Source: Octopus vulgaris
Taxonomy: Eukaryota
Direction of reading: 5' to 3'
Assembly: GCA_951406725.2 (NCBI GenBank)
Contig: OX597833.1
Location: forward strand, 37,262,001-37,326,000
DNA: 64,000 bases
In this document: piece by piece, positions 1-11,065 of the stretch
Layout: every line of letters begins with the position of its first letter
Numbering within the stretch: the stretch's first letter is position 1
The notes under the pieces: generated by a model
Databases searched by the model: none
Seen by the model: only the letters and a program-made list of their open reading frames with translations
What the model was told of the DNA's origin: nothing
Position numbers and translations under genes: made by a program

Positions 1-652
1 TGCCCTGTTTCATGTCTATGTGGCAGGGTCTTCGGTGTGCAAAACGGCAGTCTGCACCTTCCTCTCCATGCCAGCAGACACCTTTCAGGTAGAATTTACA
101 CATTCGTGTGCGCTGTCTCTTTCTATCCGTTCAAGTACATGGATAGTCAGGTTTGCTTCTATCCTTGGCTGTTTCATGTTTTGGTTTTGTTTGAGTTTTA
201 GCTGTTTCATCCTTTGTTTTTCTTTTAGTTTTTCCTCCTTTTACTTCTTTTTTGGCTCTTTCATCTTCGTGGTTTTGGCTTTTGGTGCTGGTAGGGACAC
301 TTGCACTTGGGTTTACTTCCCGGGCAGGTTTCTCACTTGAATCTTCTTTGTTGTTGTTGTCCTGGGTGTCCACCAAATGGGGGTGACATCTTTCATCAGC
401 ACCCGTGCCTCCATCCTTGCCATCTTTACTTTGTTTGTTGTCAAAGATGACATCAAGCGTGCCGATGTGGGTTCTTATGAGTGCATAGGAGCATATAAAC
501 TCCTGCTTCCTTCACTCTATCTGTACTGACGTCCTTGTGTATCCACTGTTCTTCAGCGCAGCTGTAATTATGTTGTTCGGATTATCTCCGTTGGCGCATT
601 GGCAGGCTCTCAGGAACAACGCTGATTCGTTACTCCTCCAGGTTCAGGACAT
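1..652 (-). pseudogene. Disrupted LINE ORF1 with degenerate PHD-like finger, Lys/Thr-rich linker and CCCH zinc finger
   Basis: Reading through the TGA at 131-133 gives RMCKFYLKGVCWHGEEGADCRFAHRRPCHIDMKQG (C-x7-C-x8-C-x3-H). Upstream frameshifted pieces CQCANGDNPNNII / C..EQWIHK / EFICSY resemble a PHD finger. Confidence 0.7.
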
Positions 653-759
653 TTTTGGATATTTTATTTATTTATCTAACTAATTATATTTAAAATTTAA
701 TAGTGTGATAGAGGGTAGAGAAGAAATAGAGAATGAAAGTGTTAATATCCTCTGTATTT

Positions 760-1210
760 AGAGAGATTGAGAGCTGAGAGAAGATAAGAAGAGAGTGAGA
801 GGAGAAAGTTCGCGTCTATATATTTAGAAAGATCGAGAGGTTGAGAAAGGAAAGATGGTGTGACAGAGAGAAGTGGAGAAGTGAAGAGACAGAGAAAGAG
901 GCGTGAGGGAGAGAAGTGAAGAGACAGAGATAGAAGGAAATGAAAGAGAGGAGGTTATGCAAAAGATTGAGTGGCTGAGAGAAGATAAGAAGAAAGTGAG
1001 AGAGAGTCTATATATTTAGGAAGATTGAGAGGCTGAGAGAAGAAAGATGGTGTGATAGAGGAAGTGATGCAAAAGATTGAGCGGCTGAGAGATGATAAGA
1101 AGAAAGTGAGAGTCTATAAATTTAGGAAGATTGAGCAGCTGAGAGAAGAAAGATGGTGTGATAGAGAGAAGTGAAGAGACAGAGAGAGAAAGAAAAGAAA
1201 GAGAGGAGGT
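760..1210. repeat. Degenerate GA-rich tandem repeat inside the LINE 5' UTR
   Basis: Recurring units aagattgagNggctgagagaagataagaagaaagtgag and aaagatggtgtgatagag. Confidence 0.8.
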
Positions 1211-1903
1211 TACGAAGCTGAAACAGAAATTGAAAGATTATTAACAGAATGTAAATTATAGATATATACCTGTCTGTAGCTACAAACGTTTTCTTCTAAA
1301 CTAAACTAATTGCGACTATACTTCTTATGTTCGTGTCTATATATTTAGGGAGATTGAGGGGCTGAGTAAATATATATATATATAAATAAAGCAACAAATA
1401 AATATATGCCTATCTAAAATTGAATAATTTTAAAGAGATGTAACAGAGCTGAAACAGAAATTGAAAGATTATTAACAGAATGTAAACAGAGAATAGGTCC
1501 TTACATTGAATTACGGGAAAATAAACAAATGAAAAGGGGTACTTATCTTATAAGAGGTAGAAGTCCCAAAACCTTCTTATACGAAGAGGTTTTCTTTCAA
1601 AAAAGAAAAGAAAAATGGTTCTTTTTGCTTGTTACAGTTGATTGGGAATAAACTTAAGAGATATCACCACGTGCTTTTTTCGACAGGAAATCTGGCATGC
1701 GTAATTAACTTTAGAGTATTATATTTGGCTTGAAGCGAAATATATTATGGTTTTTAACTAACGTGTCCTAGTAGACTGCTATGAGATAGCAAGTTCTACA
1801 TTTTTTATCAGTTTTTGCCAATTATTTCATCGATTTATGCAAACCTTTTTGTTTTTTTATCACAGAGCAAAGCAACGCGTCTCTACTCTACGAAAACCGG
1901 AAG

Positions 1904-1934
<31 letters not shown>

Positions 1935-2436
1935 AGTTTGAAAATGCAATTTTAAAAGATGTTTATTTACTTGACCGGTTTCACTTTTTAAGAAAAAGAT
2001 TGTCAAAAGTAACATGTAAAAGCTTTGTTGTGTTAGGTACTGGTTGTCACAAAATATTACAATACATATATATACATTCTTTGATAATAATAAGAACATG
2101 TTAAAAACAGCTTACAAGGGGAAATCTTGGGAAAATATATAAAAATTTGATAAGTTCATTAAAATATTGGGTACAAAAGATTACAATACATATATACATT
2201 CTTTGATAATAATAAGAGAATGTTAAAAACAGTTTACAGAAAGAATTATTAAAAAGTTCTGGGGAATATTGGTATTGTATCTGTATATATATACACAGAA
2301 AATTATAAGTTCAAAAACATTACATTTTGGTAGTATATACATGTACAATGAGGGAGATATATTTAGTTTGAACTGACCTGATTCACCATATTATCAGCTC
2401 ATTATCGTGAGCTGAAACTAGATAAAATTTTTAAAA

Positions 2437-2489
2437 TATATATACATACATATATATATACACACATATATGCATATATATATGTATAT

Positions 2490-2522
<33 letters not shown>

Positions 2523-2560
2523 CACTATATATATATATATATATACATATATATATACAC

Positions 2561-2592
<32 letters not shown>

Positions 2593-3345
2593 TATATACA
2601 CGTGTATATATATATATGTATATATATATAAATATATACATACATATATGCATATATATATAAATATATACATATATATATACGAATATATACATGCATG
2701 TATATATAAATATATACATATATATATACGAATATATATATGCATATATATATAATATATACATATATATATACGATATATATATACACGTGTATATATA
2801 TATATGTATAAATATATACATACATATATGCATATATATATAAATATATACATATATATATACGAATATATACATGCATGTATATATGTATATATATATA
2901 AATATATACATACATATATGCATATATATACGAATATATACATGCATGTATATATGTATATATATATAAATATATACATACATATATGCATATATATATA
3001 AATATATACATATATATATACGTATATATACATGCATGTATATATGCATATATATATGTATATATACACACATATATATATATACATATATGCATATATA
3101 TATGTATATATACATACATATATATGTATACATACATATATGCATATATATATGTATATATACATACATATATATGTATACATACATATATGCATATATT
3201 TACGTATATATACATATATGCATATATATATGTATATATACATACATATATATATATATATGTATATATACATGCATATATATATGTATATATATATGTG
3301 TGTGTATATATACATATATATGTATGTATATATACATATATATGT
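2437..3345. repeat. Complex (TA)n/(TACA)n microsatellite with higher-order units
   Basis: Seen directly; the variant motif tacgaatatatacatgcatg recurs. Confidence 0.97.
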
Positions 3346-3557
3346 ATATTTGTTTTTGCAGCAAGGCGCCTGATATTAAATATGCTGCCAGTGGTTCGAT
3401 AATGGACGTAAACACCGTATCTGCAGTTTCTGAATGCAATACAGAACATCATCGCGAAATATATGGAAAATAGGGTCGGTGCCAGAATATCCCCCTGTTT
3501 CACTCCATTTTGTATTGAAATGGGCTCCGTCATCTTCCCTCTAACATTTATTTACCT
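3346..3557 (-). pseudogene. Inverted RT segment of the RTE element
   Basis: [30 protein letters not shown]...[13 protein letters not shown] on the minus strand; this is the sequence that normally precedes the YADD segment. Confidence 0.9.
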
Positions 3558-3559
3558 CT

Positions 3560-4774
3560 ATCATAAGAGACCTTTTGTATGCAGATGATTGTGAGCTAGT
3601 AGCACACACACAGATTGATATGCAACACATTTTGAATGCGTTCTCTGATGCTTGCACTGCCTTAGGATTGACAGTCAATCTCAAGAAAACTGTTGTCATG
3701 CATCAACCTGCCCCTGGTAAACAGTATAGTGTACCAAATATCTATGTGTATGGTAAACAACTTGATGTAGTTGATCAGTTTGTCTTCCTGGGAAGCACTA
3801 TTAATAGATATGGCGATTTGGATGATAAAATTCCATATAGAATTAGGAAAGCAAGTGTTGCTTTCGGAAGGCTAGAAAAGCGCCTCTGGAGTCGGTGAAA
3901 CATATGCAGAAAGACGAAGATAAAGGTGTACAAGGCATGTGTGCTCCCTTCTCTTCTCTATGCCTGCGAGACGTGGGTCACATATCGATACCACCTTAAA
4001 CAACTGGAACGTTTCCATCAGATGTGCCTCAGACGGATCTATGGCATTAAGTGGAAGGACCGCATCAGTGATCTTGAAATATTGGAAGGCTCTCGGTTTG
4101 AAAGTATAGAAGTTCTTGTGTTAAAGCAAAGGCTCAGATGGAGTGGTCATCTGGTCAGGATGAAGGATTCAAGGATGCCAAAACAACTCTTTTATGGAGA
4201 GTTAGCTAAAGGAGAACGACCTCCACATAAACCAAAAAAGAGGTATAAGGACTTGCTGAAGGCTTCCTTAAGAGATGCTTGCATCTCTCCTGACACATGG
4301 GAAGGCATAGCTATTGATCGTAGCAGGTGGAGAAGGATTGTGTATGAGGGGACAGCCACTTTTGAGAAATCTCGAGTTGCACATGAGAAAGTAAGGAGGG
4401 ATGTCAGGAAGGGCATTGCTGTTACACTTCCAGAAGGGAAGGGTCTTCCTTTGATGCTGACATGCAATGTCTGTGCAAGACCCTGCTTCAGTAAAGCTAG
4501 ACTCAAGAGTCATCTTCGTAGTCATAAAACGAGACAGATGAGTGACAACCTGGCCACTGGTGGTGGTGTAACACACCATACTAATCATATCTGTCGGGCA
4601 TGTAGAAGAGAGTGTAATTCGGCAGGAGGATTTAAAGGACATGCAAAGGTACGTGAAGCCCAGTTACAACTACAGCCGGCTATTACCAGTAAAGGTTTTA
4701 GTTGCCAATTGTGTACAAGACATTGTAGATCTTTAGCTGGGCTAAAAAGTCACATTCAATCACAGCACCAGTAA
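3560..4774 (+). pseudogene. RTE ORF C-terminal half (RT YADD region to three C2H2-type zinc fingers), one in-frame stop at 3896-3898
   Basis: ORFs 3575-3898 and 3926-4774 share a frame and are separated by a single TGA. Fingers: CNVC..HLRSH, CRAC..HAKVR (degenerate), CQLC..HIQSQH. Confidence 0.92.
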
Positions 4775-4843
4775 CAGTTAAGCTTCGTGCAATGGCCATA
4801 CTCGATAACGAGGGGGCAGCCATAATATATGTATATATACATA

Positions 4844-5240
4844 TCTCTTATTATAAAAGGCAGATTTTATCTGCCTCCCTTTGGGAGTTATACAAATCTA
4901 CAATATAGGATTTCTTCAATTACAATTTACCTAGCATTTTTGAGAGTACAATGCATCGCGTCATGCCAGGTCCAGTTTTTAAAATTTAAACTCCAATTAA
5001 GCAAAATTTACAGAAAACTCACATTCTGGTGTGTGTGTCAAATGCTTTTCTTAGTCTGGTTTACACCACACGCAAACGCACACACACAGTGGGCAACGAA
5101 TAAAATGAAAGTAAATAGCGACAGAGTGATTTGAGGAAGACTAAAGTGAAAGTATTCTGTCTATGACGCTGATAGATACATGAGTAAAATGTATGGGGAG
5201 CTAAGACTGAGTGAAAATATTCTTGGAAGAGAGTAATTAG
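4844..5240 (+). mobile_element. Possible 5' fragment of a non-autonomous Helitron
   Basis: Starts A|TCTCTTATTATAAAAGG, similar to the 5' end of the Helitron at 6015. No 3' hairpin or CTAG seen. Confidence 0.4.
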
Positions 5241-5257
5241 TAATAAAGTAAACATAC

Positions 5258-5275
5258 ACTCATACATACATACAT

Positions 5276-5343
<68 letters not shown>

Positions 5344-5577
5344 ACACACATACATACACACACACATACATACACACATACATACATACATATACATACA
5401 TACATATACATACATACATACACACACACACATACACACACACACAGTATTGAAGCTTGAGAACAATCAGATACATTTGCAACACATCTGTTGAAAATAT
5501 TATTGTTCACACACATACATATACATATATACATACAGACAGACAGACAGATAGACACACACACACACACACACACA
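5258..5577. repeat. (CATA)n/(CA)n/(CAGA)n compound microsatellite
   Basis: Seen directly. Confidence 0.95.
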
Positions 5578-5634
5578 TGATCCAGCATGGCCACAACCTC
5601 AAGGCTGAAACATATAAAAGAATAACAGAATATA

Positions 5635-5995
5635 AATGTGTGCAAAGTACAAGAAATATTAATGCAGTATATGGGGATTGGACAATAAGCGTAAGGCAGT
5701 GTCAATGGTGGTTCCAGAAATCCCGAGCCATAAACTACAGCCTAGAAGACGAGCCTCATCCTGAAAGATCTGTAGAACTCGACAAGGACATCCTGAAAAC
5801 CCTGGTGGAACAAAATATCATCGTAACTGTTGAGGAACTAGCAGAGAAGCTTGGATTTGGTCATTCAACCATTCATTGACACCTGTGTGCTATCGGAAAA
5901 GTCAGCAAATTGGGTCAATGGGTTCCTCACGAACTTTCCGAGTCTAATTGCATGCAGAGAGTGAATGTATGCTTTTCTTTGCTGTCATATCTCAC
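5635..5995 (+). mobile_element. mariner transposase N-terminal fragment (same family as 34689-35706)
   Basis: RNINAVYGDWTISVRQCQWWFQK...LEDEPHP...EELAEKLGFGHSTIH*HL...GQWVPHEL (HTH region plus WVPHEL motif). Confidence 0.9.
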
Positions 5996-6014
5996 CACTA
6001 CTGCGCTATGTATA

Positions 6015-6650
6015 TCTATATATATAAAACTGTAGTTGTGTGAGTGTCTGTCCCCTTCGATTTAGATTCTTAACTACTCCCACATTTTGCGGTACAGTTT
6101 AACTAAATTCGGGTAGCTTATAGTCGTGATTCATATCGAGCCCGTCTGAATATTAGCGCGCGTCTACGATGAGTCTACGATTTTAAAAATAATTTAACAT
6201 CATTTTTTATTCCATTTTAATGCATAATTTTTCGTGTGTCGATGGCGGCGGAGTTGGCGTCCACGCTCACACCTGCACCTGTGGGGAAGGGAGTGTAAGG
6301 AAATCAACGTCGTAATGCGTTGTCAAGGAGACCAGTGTTCTTTTAGAACAACGACTTCATGGCTTGAAGACACCAAAACAGAAATGGCTAAGAAAGCGTC
6401 TACATGAGTCTACGATTTAAAAAAAATTTACCATCGTTTTTTTTCCATTTTAATGCATTTTTTCGCTATTATATAAGGGAAGTAACTCTCTAAAAATGTC
6501 TACGATGAGTCAACGATTTTAAAAAAAATTTACCATCATATTTTTTCCATTTTTAATGCATTTTTTGCTATTTTTTGGCTATAACTCTCTAAAAATGCTT
6601 ATATAGTTATTTCCCTTACAAACCCGAGCAACGCCGGGCGATACTGCTAG
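6015..6650 (+). mobile_element. Complete non-autonomous Helitron
   Basis: 5' A|TCTATATATATAAA, 3' GC-rich hairpin cccgagcaacgccggg (6623-6638), then CTAG|T, with no TSD. Three internal copies of gtctacgatgagtctacgattttaaaa... Confidence 0.88.
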
Positions 6651-7103
6651 TATATATATATATATATAAAGTATGTATATATATATATATATATGCATGT
6701 ATGTATGTGTATATATATGCATGTATGTATGTGTATATATATGCATGTATGTATGTGTATATATATGCATGTATGTATGTGTATATATATATATATGTAT
6801 GTATGTGTATATATATATGTATGTATGTGTATATATATATTTGTATGTATGTGTATATATATGTATGTATGTGTATATATATGTATGTATGTGTATATAT
6901 ATGTATGTATGTGTATATGTATGTATGTATGTATATATGTATGTATATATATATGTATATATATATATATGTATGTATATATATATGTATGTATATATAT
7001 ATATATGTATGTATATATATATGTATGTATATATACATATATGTATGTATATATGTATATATATATATGTATATATGTATATATATATATGTATGTATAT
7101 ATG

Positions 7104-7150
<47 letters not shown>

Positions 7151-7388
7151 ATATATATATATGTATGTATATATGTATATATATATATATGTATGTATAT
7201 ATATATATACATATATGTATGTATATATATATATGTATGTATATATGTATATATATATATATGTATGTATATATATATATATATATATGTATGTATATAT
7301 GTATATATATATATATGTATGTATATATATATATACATATATGTATGTATATATGTATATATATATGTATGTATATATATATACATAC
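6651..7388. repeat. (TA)n/(TATG)n microsatellite
   Basis: Seen directly. Confidence 0.97.
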
Positions 7389-7860
7389 ACATCATCATCA
7401 TCATCATTTAGCATCCACTTTCCATGCTAGCATGGGTTGGACGGTTCAACTGGGGACTGTGAAGCCGGAAGGCTGCATCAGGCCCAGTCTGATCTGGCAG
7501 TGTTTCTACGGCTGGATGCCCTTCCTGATGCCAACCACTCCGTGAGTGTAGTGGGTGCTTTTTACGTGCCACCCGCACAGGTGCCAGACAGAGCTGGCAA
7601 ACGGCCACGAACGGATGGTGCTTTTACGTGCCACCGTTACGTAGGCCAGACGGGGCGGCGCCGGCAATGGCCACGGTCGGATGATTCGCTTAACCACAGC
7701 TGCAATTTCCACTGATGTTGATTGACCTCAATTTTGGTTCTGCTTTCTGATTTGATTTGGTTTGATTTTGATTTTGACTGTTCTCACTGGTCTTGCCGGG
7801 TCTTCTCATGCACAGCATACTTCCATAGGTCTCGGTCTCTAGTCATTTCCTTGGTGAGGA
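7389..7860 (-). mobile_element. 3' end of RTE family B (last codons, 3' UTR, (GAT)n tail)
   Basis: LTKEMTRDRDLWKYAVHEKTRQDQ* followed by a UTR shared with the 9028 and 11063 copies; plus-strand catcatcat tail. Confidence 0.88.
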
Positions 7861-7910
7861 AATATATATATATATATATATAAACATATATATATATATA
7901 TATATGTATG

Positions 7911-7945
<35 letters not shown>

Positions 7946-7961
7946 CTGTGTGTATGTATGT

Positions 7962-8200
7962 ATGAGGAACTTGCACAAAATAGATGTAGGGGTTTTTAAA
8001 TCAAAGCTGGACTTCTTCCTGTCGAGAGTCCCAGACGAACCTACCGCACGGCAAGAGGTGCAAATGAGGGTAGCTATATCAAACAACATTTTTCACCAAG
8101 TGCCACATATTAGAGGAGGCTCTAAGTAATAACAGTGTAGCAAAACGGCGTGCATCAGCATGGCCGCAGCTCTGAGCTGAGACTAGAGAAAAATAAAAAA
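7962..8200 (+). mobile_element. 3' end of CR1/L2-like LINE
   Basis: RNLHKIDVGVFKSKLDFFLSRVPDEPTARQEVQMR matches the C-terminus of the element at 11066-12128; tail cagcatggccgcagctctgagctgagactag. Confidence 0.85.
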
Positions 8201-8446
8201 TACATATATATATATGTAATATACACACACACATATATATATACATATTTACATATTTATATGTGTGTGTGTGTGTATGTATGTATGTATATAACACCAA
8301 GTAAGTTAGGTGTTATGGATCCAAACCACTAAGGGATATTATTTATCCAATATGCTGTTGGTAAAGTATCCAAATTCTTAATACGTAAATGTTTTCAATT
8401 GCAATGCAATTAACTTATTTATTGTATTAAATGGCTGAAGGTAAAG

Positions 8447-8523
8447 ATATATATATATGTATATATATATATGTATATATATGTATATATATATATATGT
8501 ATATATATGTATATATATATATG

Positions 8524-8614
<91 letters not shown>

Positions 8615-8615
8615 G

Positions 8616-8681
<66 letters not shown>

Positions 8682-8694
8682 TATATGTATGTAC

Positions 8695-8742
<48 letters not shown>

Positions 8743-9027
8743 GTATATATATATATGTATGTATATATATGTATATATATATATGTATGTATATATATGT
8801 ATATATATATGTGTATATATATATATGTATATATATATGTATGTACATATATGTATATATATATATATGTATGTACATATATGTATATATATATATATGT
8901 ATGTACATATATGTATATATATATATATGTATATATATATGTATATATATGTGTATATATATGTATATATGTATATATGTGTATATATATATGTGTATAT
9001 ATATATATATATAAAATATATATGTAT
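8447..9027. repeat. (TA)n/(TATG) microsatellite
   Basis: Seen directly. Confidence 0.97.
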
Positions 9028-9835
9028 ATCATCATCATTTAAAGTTCGCTTTCCATGCTGGCATGGATTGGACGGTTCAACTGGGGTCTGGGAAGCCAGA
9101 AGGCTGCACCAGGCCCAGTCTGATCTGGCAGTGTTTCTACAGCTGGATGCCCTTCCTAATGCCAACCACTCCGTGAGTGTAGTGGGAGCTTTTTACGTGC
9201 CACCGGCACAGGTGCCAGACGGGGCTGGCAGACGGCCATGTTCGGATGGTGCTTTTTACGTGCTACCGGCACGGGGACCAGACAAAGCTGGCAACAGCCA
9301 CGGTTGGATGGTGCTTTTTACGTGCCACCGGCATGGAGACCAGTCGGGCGGCACTGGCTACAGCCACGTTCGGATGGTTGATGTTGATAGATTACGATTT
9401 TGATTTTGATCTTCACTTGCCTCAACAGGTCTTCACAAGTGGAGTTTTGTGTCCCAAGAAGGAAAGGAATGCATAAGTGGGCTGGCTACATCCCAGGTGT
9501 AAGCCATGGGATTATGGCCTCACTTGTCCTGCCGGGTCTTCTCACGCACAGCATGTTTCCATAGGTCTCGGTCTCTAGTCTTTTCCTCGGTGAGACCTAA
9601 AGTTTGAAGGTCGTGCTTCACCACCTTGTCCCAGGTTTTCCTGTGTCTACCTCTTCCACAGGTTCCCTCAACCGCTAGGGTGTGGCACTTTTTCACACAA
9701 CTATCTTCATCCACTCTTACCACATGACCATACCAGCGCAAACGTCTCTCTTGCACACCACAACTGATGCTTCTTAGGTCTAACTTTTCTCTCAAAGAAC
9801 TTACACTCTGTCGAGTATGAAGACTGACATTACAA
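9028..9835 (-). mobile_element. 5'-truncated RTE family B copy
   Basis: ORF 9520-9849: [41 protein letters not shown]..., then 3' UTR and (GAT)n tail. Confidence 0.92.
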
Positions 9836-9845
9836 TGAACAAGTT

Positions 9846-11063
9846 GCATCAGTTGTGGTGTGCAAGAGAGACGTTTGTGCTGGTATGGTCATGTAAGAAT
9901 GGATGAAGATAGTTGTGTGAAAAAGTGCCAGACCCTAGCGGTTGAGGGAACCTGTGGAAGAGGTAGACCCATGAAAACCTGGGACGTGGTGGTGAAGCAC
10001 GACCTTCAAATATGTATATGTATATATATGTATATATATATATATGTGTATATGTATATATATATACATGTATACATATATATGTATATATATGTTTATA
10101 TATGTATGTATATATATATGTATATATATGTATATATATGTATATGTATATGTATATATATGTATATATATATGTATATATATGTGTATATATGTATATA
10201 TATATGTATATATATGTGTATATATATATGTATATATATGTGTGTATATATATATATATATGTATATATATATGTATATATGACCGTACGACAGGCACCC
10301 ATGCCAACCCCCTTGCTTGCGAAGACATGTTGGGGCAAGCGAAATTGTGAACCAGCCAGGATCCCTTGTCTGGTGGTACGTAAAAGCACTATCCGACTCG
10401 TGGCCGATGCCAGCTCCGCTCCACTGGCTTCCGTGCCGGTGGCACGTAAAATACACCAATCTGACCGTACGACAGGCACCCATGCCAACCCCCTTGCTTG
10501 CGAAGACATGTTGAGGCAATCGAAATCGAATTCAACCAGCCAGGATCCCTGGTCTGGTGGTACGTAAAAAGCACTATCCGACTCGTGGCCGATGCCAGCG
10601 CCGCCTCCACTGGCTTCCGTGCCGGTGGCACGTAAAATACACCAATCTGACCGTACGACAGGCACCCATGCCAACCCCCTTGCTTGCGAAGACATGTTGG
10701 GGCAACCAAAATCGAAATCGAATTGAACCAGCCAGGATCCCTGGTCTGGTGGTACGTAAAAAGCACTATCCGACTCGTGGCCGATGCCAGCTCCGCTTCG
10801 TCTGGCTTCCGTGCCGGTGGCACATAAAATACACCAATCCGACCGTGGCCGTTGCCAGCCTCGCCTGGCACTTGTGCAGGTGGCACGTAAAAAGCACCCA
10901 CTACACTCACGGAGTGGTTGGCGTTAGGAAGGGCATCCAGCTGTAGAAACACTGCCAGATAAGACTGGAGCCTGGTGCAGCCTTCTGGCTTCCCAGATCC
11001 CCGGTCGAACCGTCCAACCCATGCTAGCATGGACAACGGACGTTAAACGATGATGATGATGAT
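9846..11063 (+). mobile_element. 5'-truncated RTE family B copy, interrupted by a TA array (10009-10280), with triplicated 3' UTR segment
   Basis: [22 protein letters not shown]...GRGRPMKTW; ends gttaaacgatgatgatgatgat. Confidence 0.92.
10281..10845. repeat. Three near-identical tandem copies of a 181-186 bp unit
   Basis: tgaccgtacgacaggcacccatgccaacccccttgcttgcgaagacatgttg starts at 10281, 10462 and 10648. Confidence 0.95.
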
Positions 11064-11065
11064 AT

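Larger units (their letters stand above)
1..1902 (-). mobile_element. 5' portion of a non-LTR retrotransposon (probably CR1/L2 group): about 1.25 kb 5' UTR plus start of ORF1, running off the window start
   Basis: The minus strand begins CTTCCGGTTTTCGTAGAG right beside a (TA)n array at 1903. An internally repetitive UTR follows, then a disrupted ORF with zinc-finger motifs. Clade is inferred from ORF1 architecture. Confidence 0.6.
3346..4823 (+). mobile_element. 5'-truncated, 5'-inverted RTE (BovB-like) LINE
   Basis: RT motifs [14 protein letters not shown] (inverted part) and LLYADDC, then VLPSLLYACETW, RLRWSGHLVRM..SRMPKQLFYGEL, and a short 3' UTR ending ...ctcgataacgagggggcagcc. Confidence 0.93.

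Noticed and set aside
5457-5879. SETMAR-like host gene
   Set aside because: No SET domain; contains stops and has a TIR-flanked paralogue at 34689, so it is a plain mariner relic.
10281-10845. CRISPR-like appearance of regular repeats (also 60968-61137)
   Set aside because: Contiguous tandem units without unique spacers, no cas genes, eukaryotic context.
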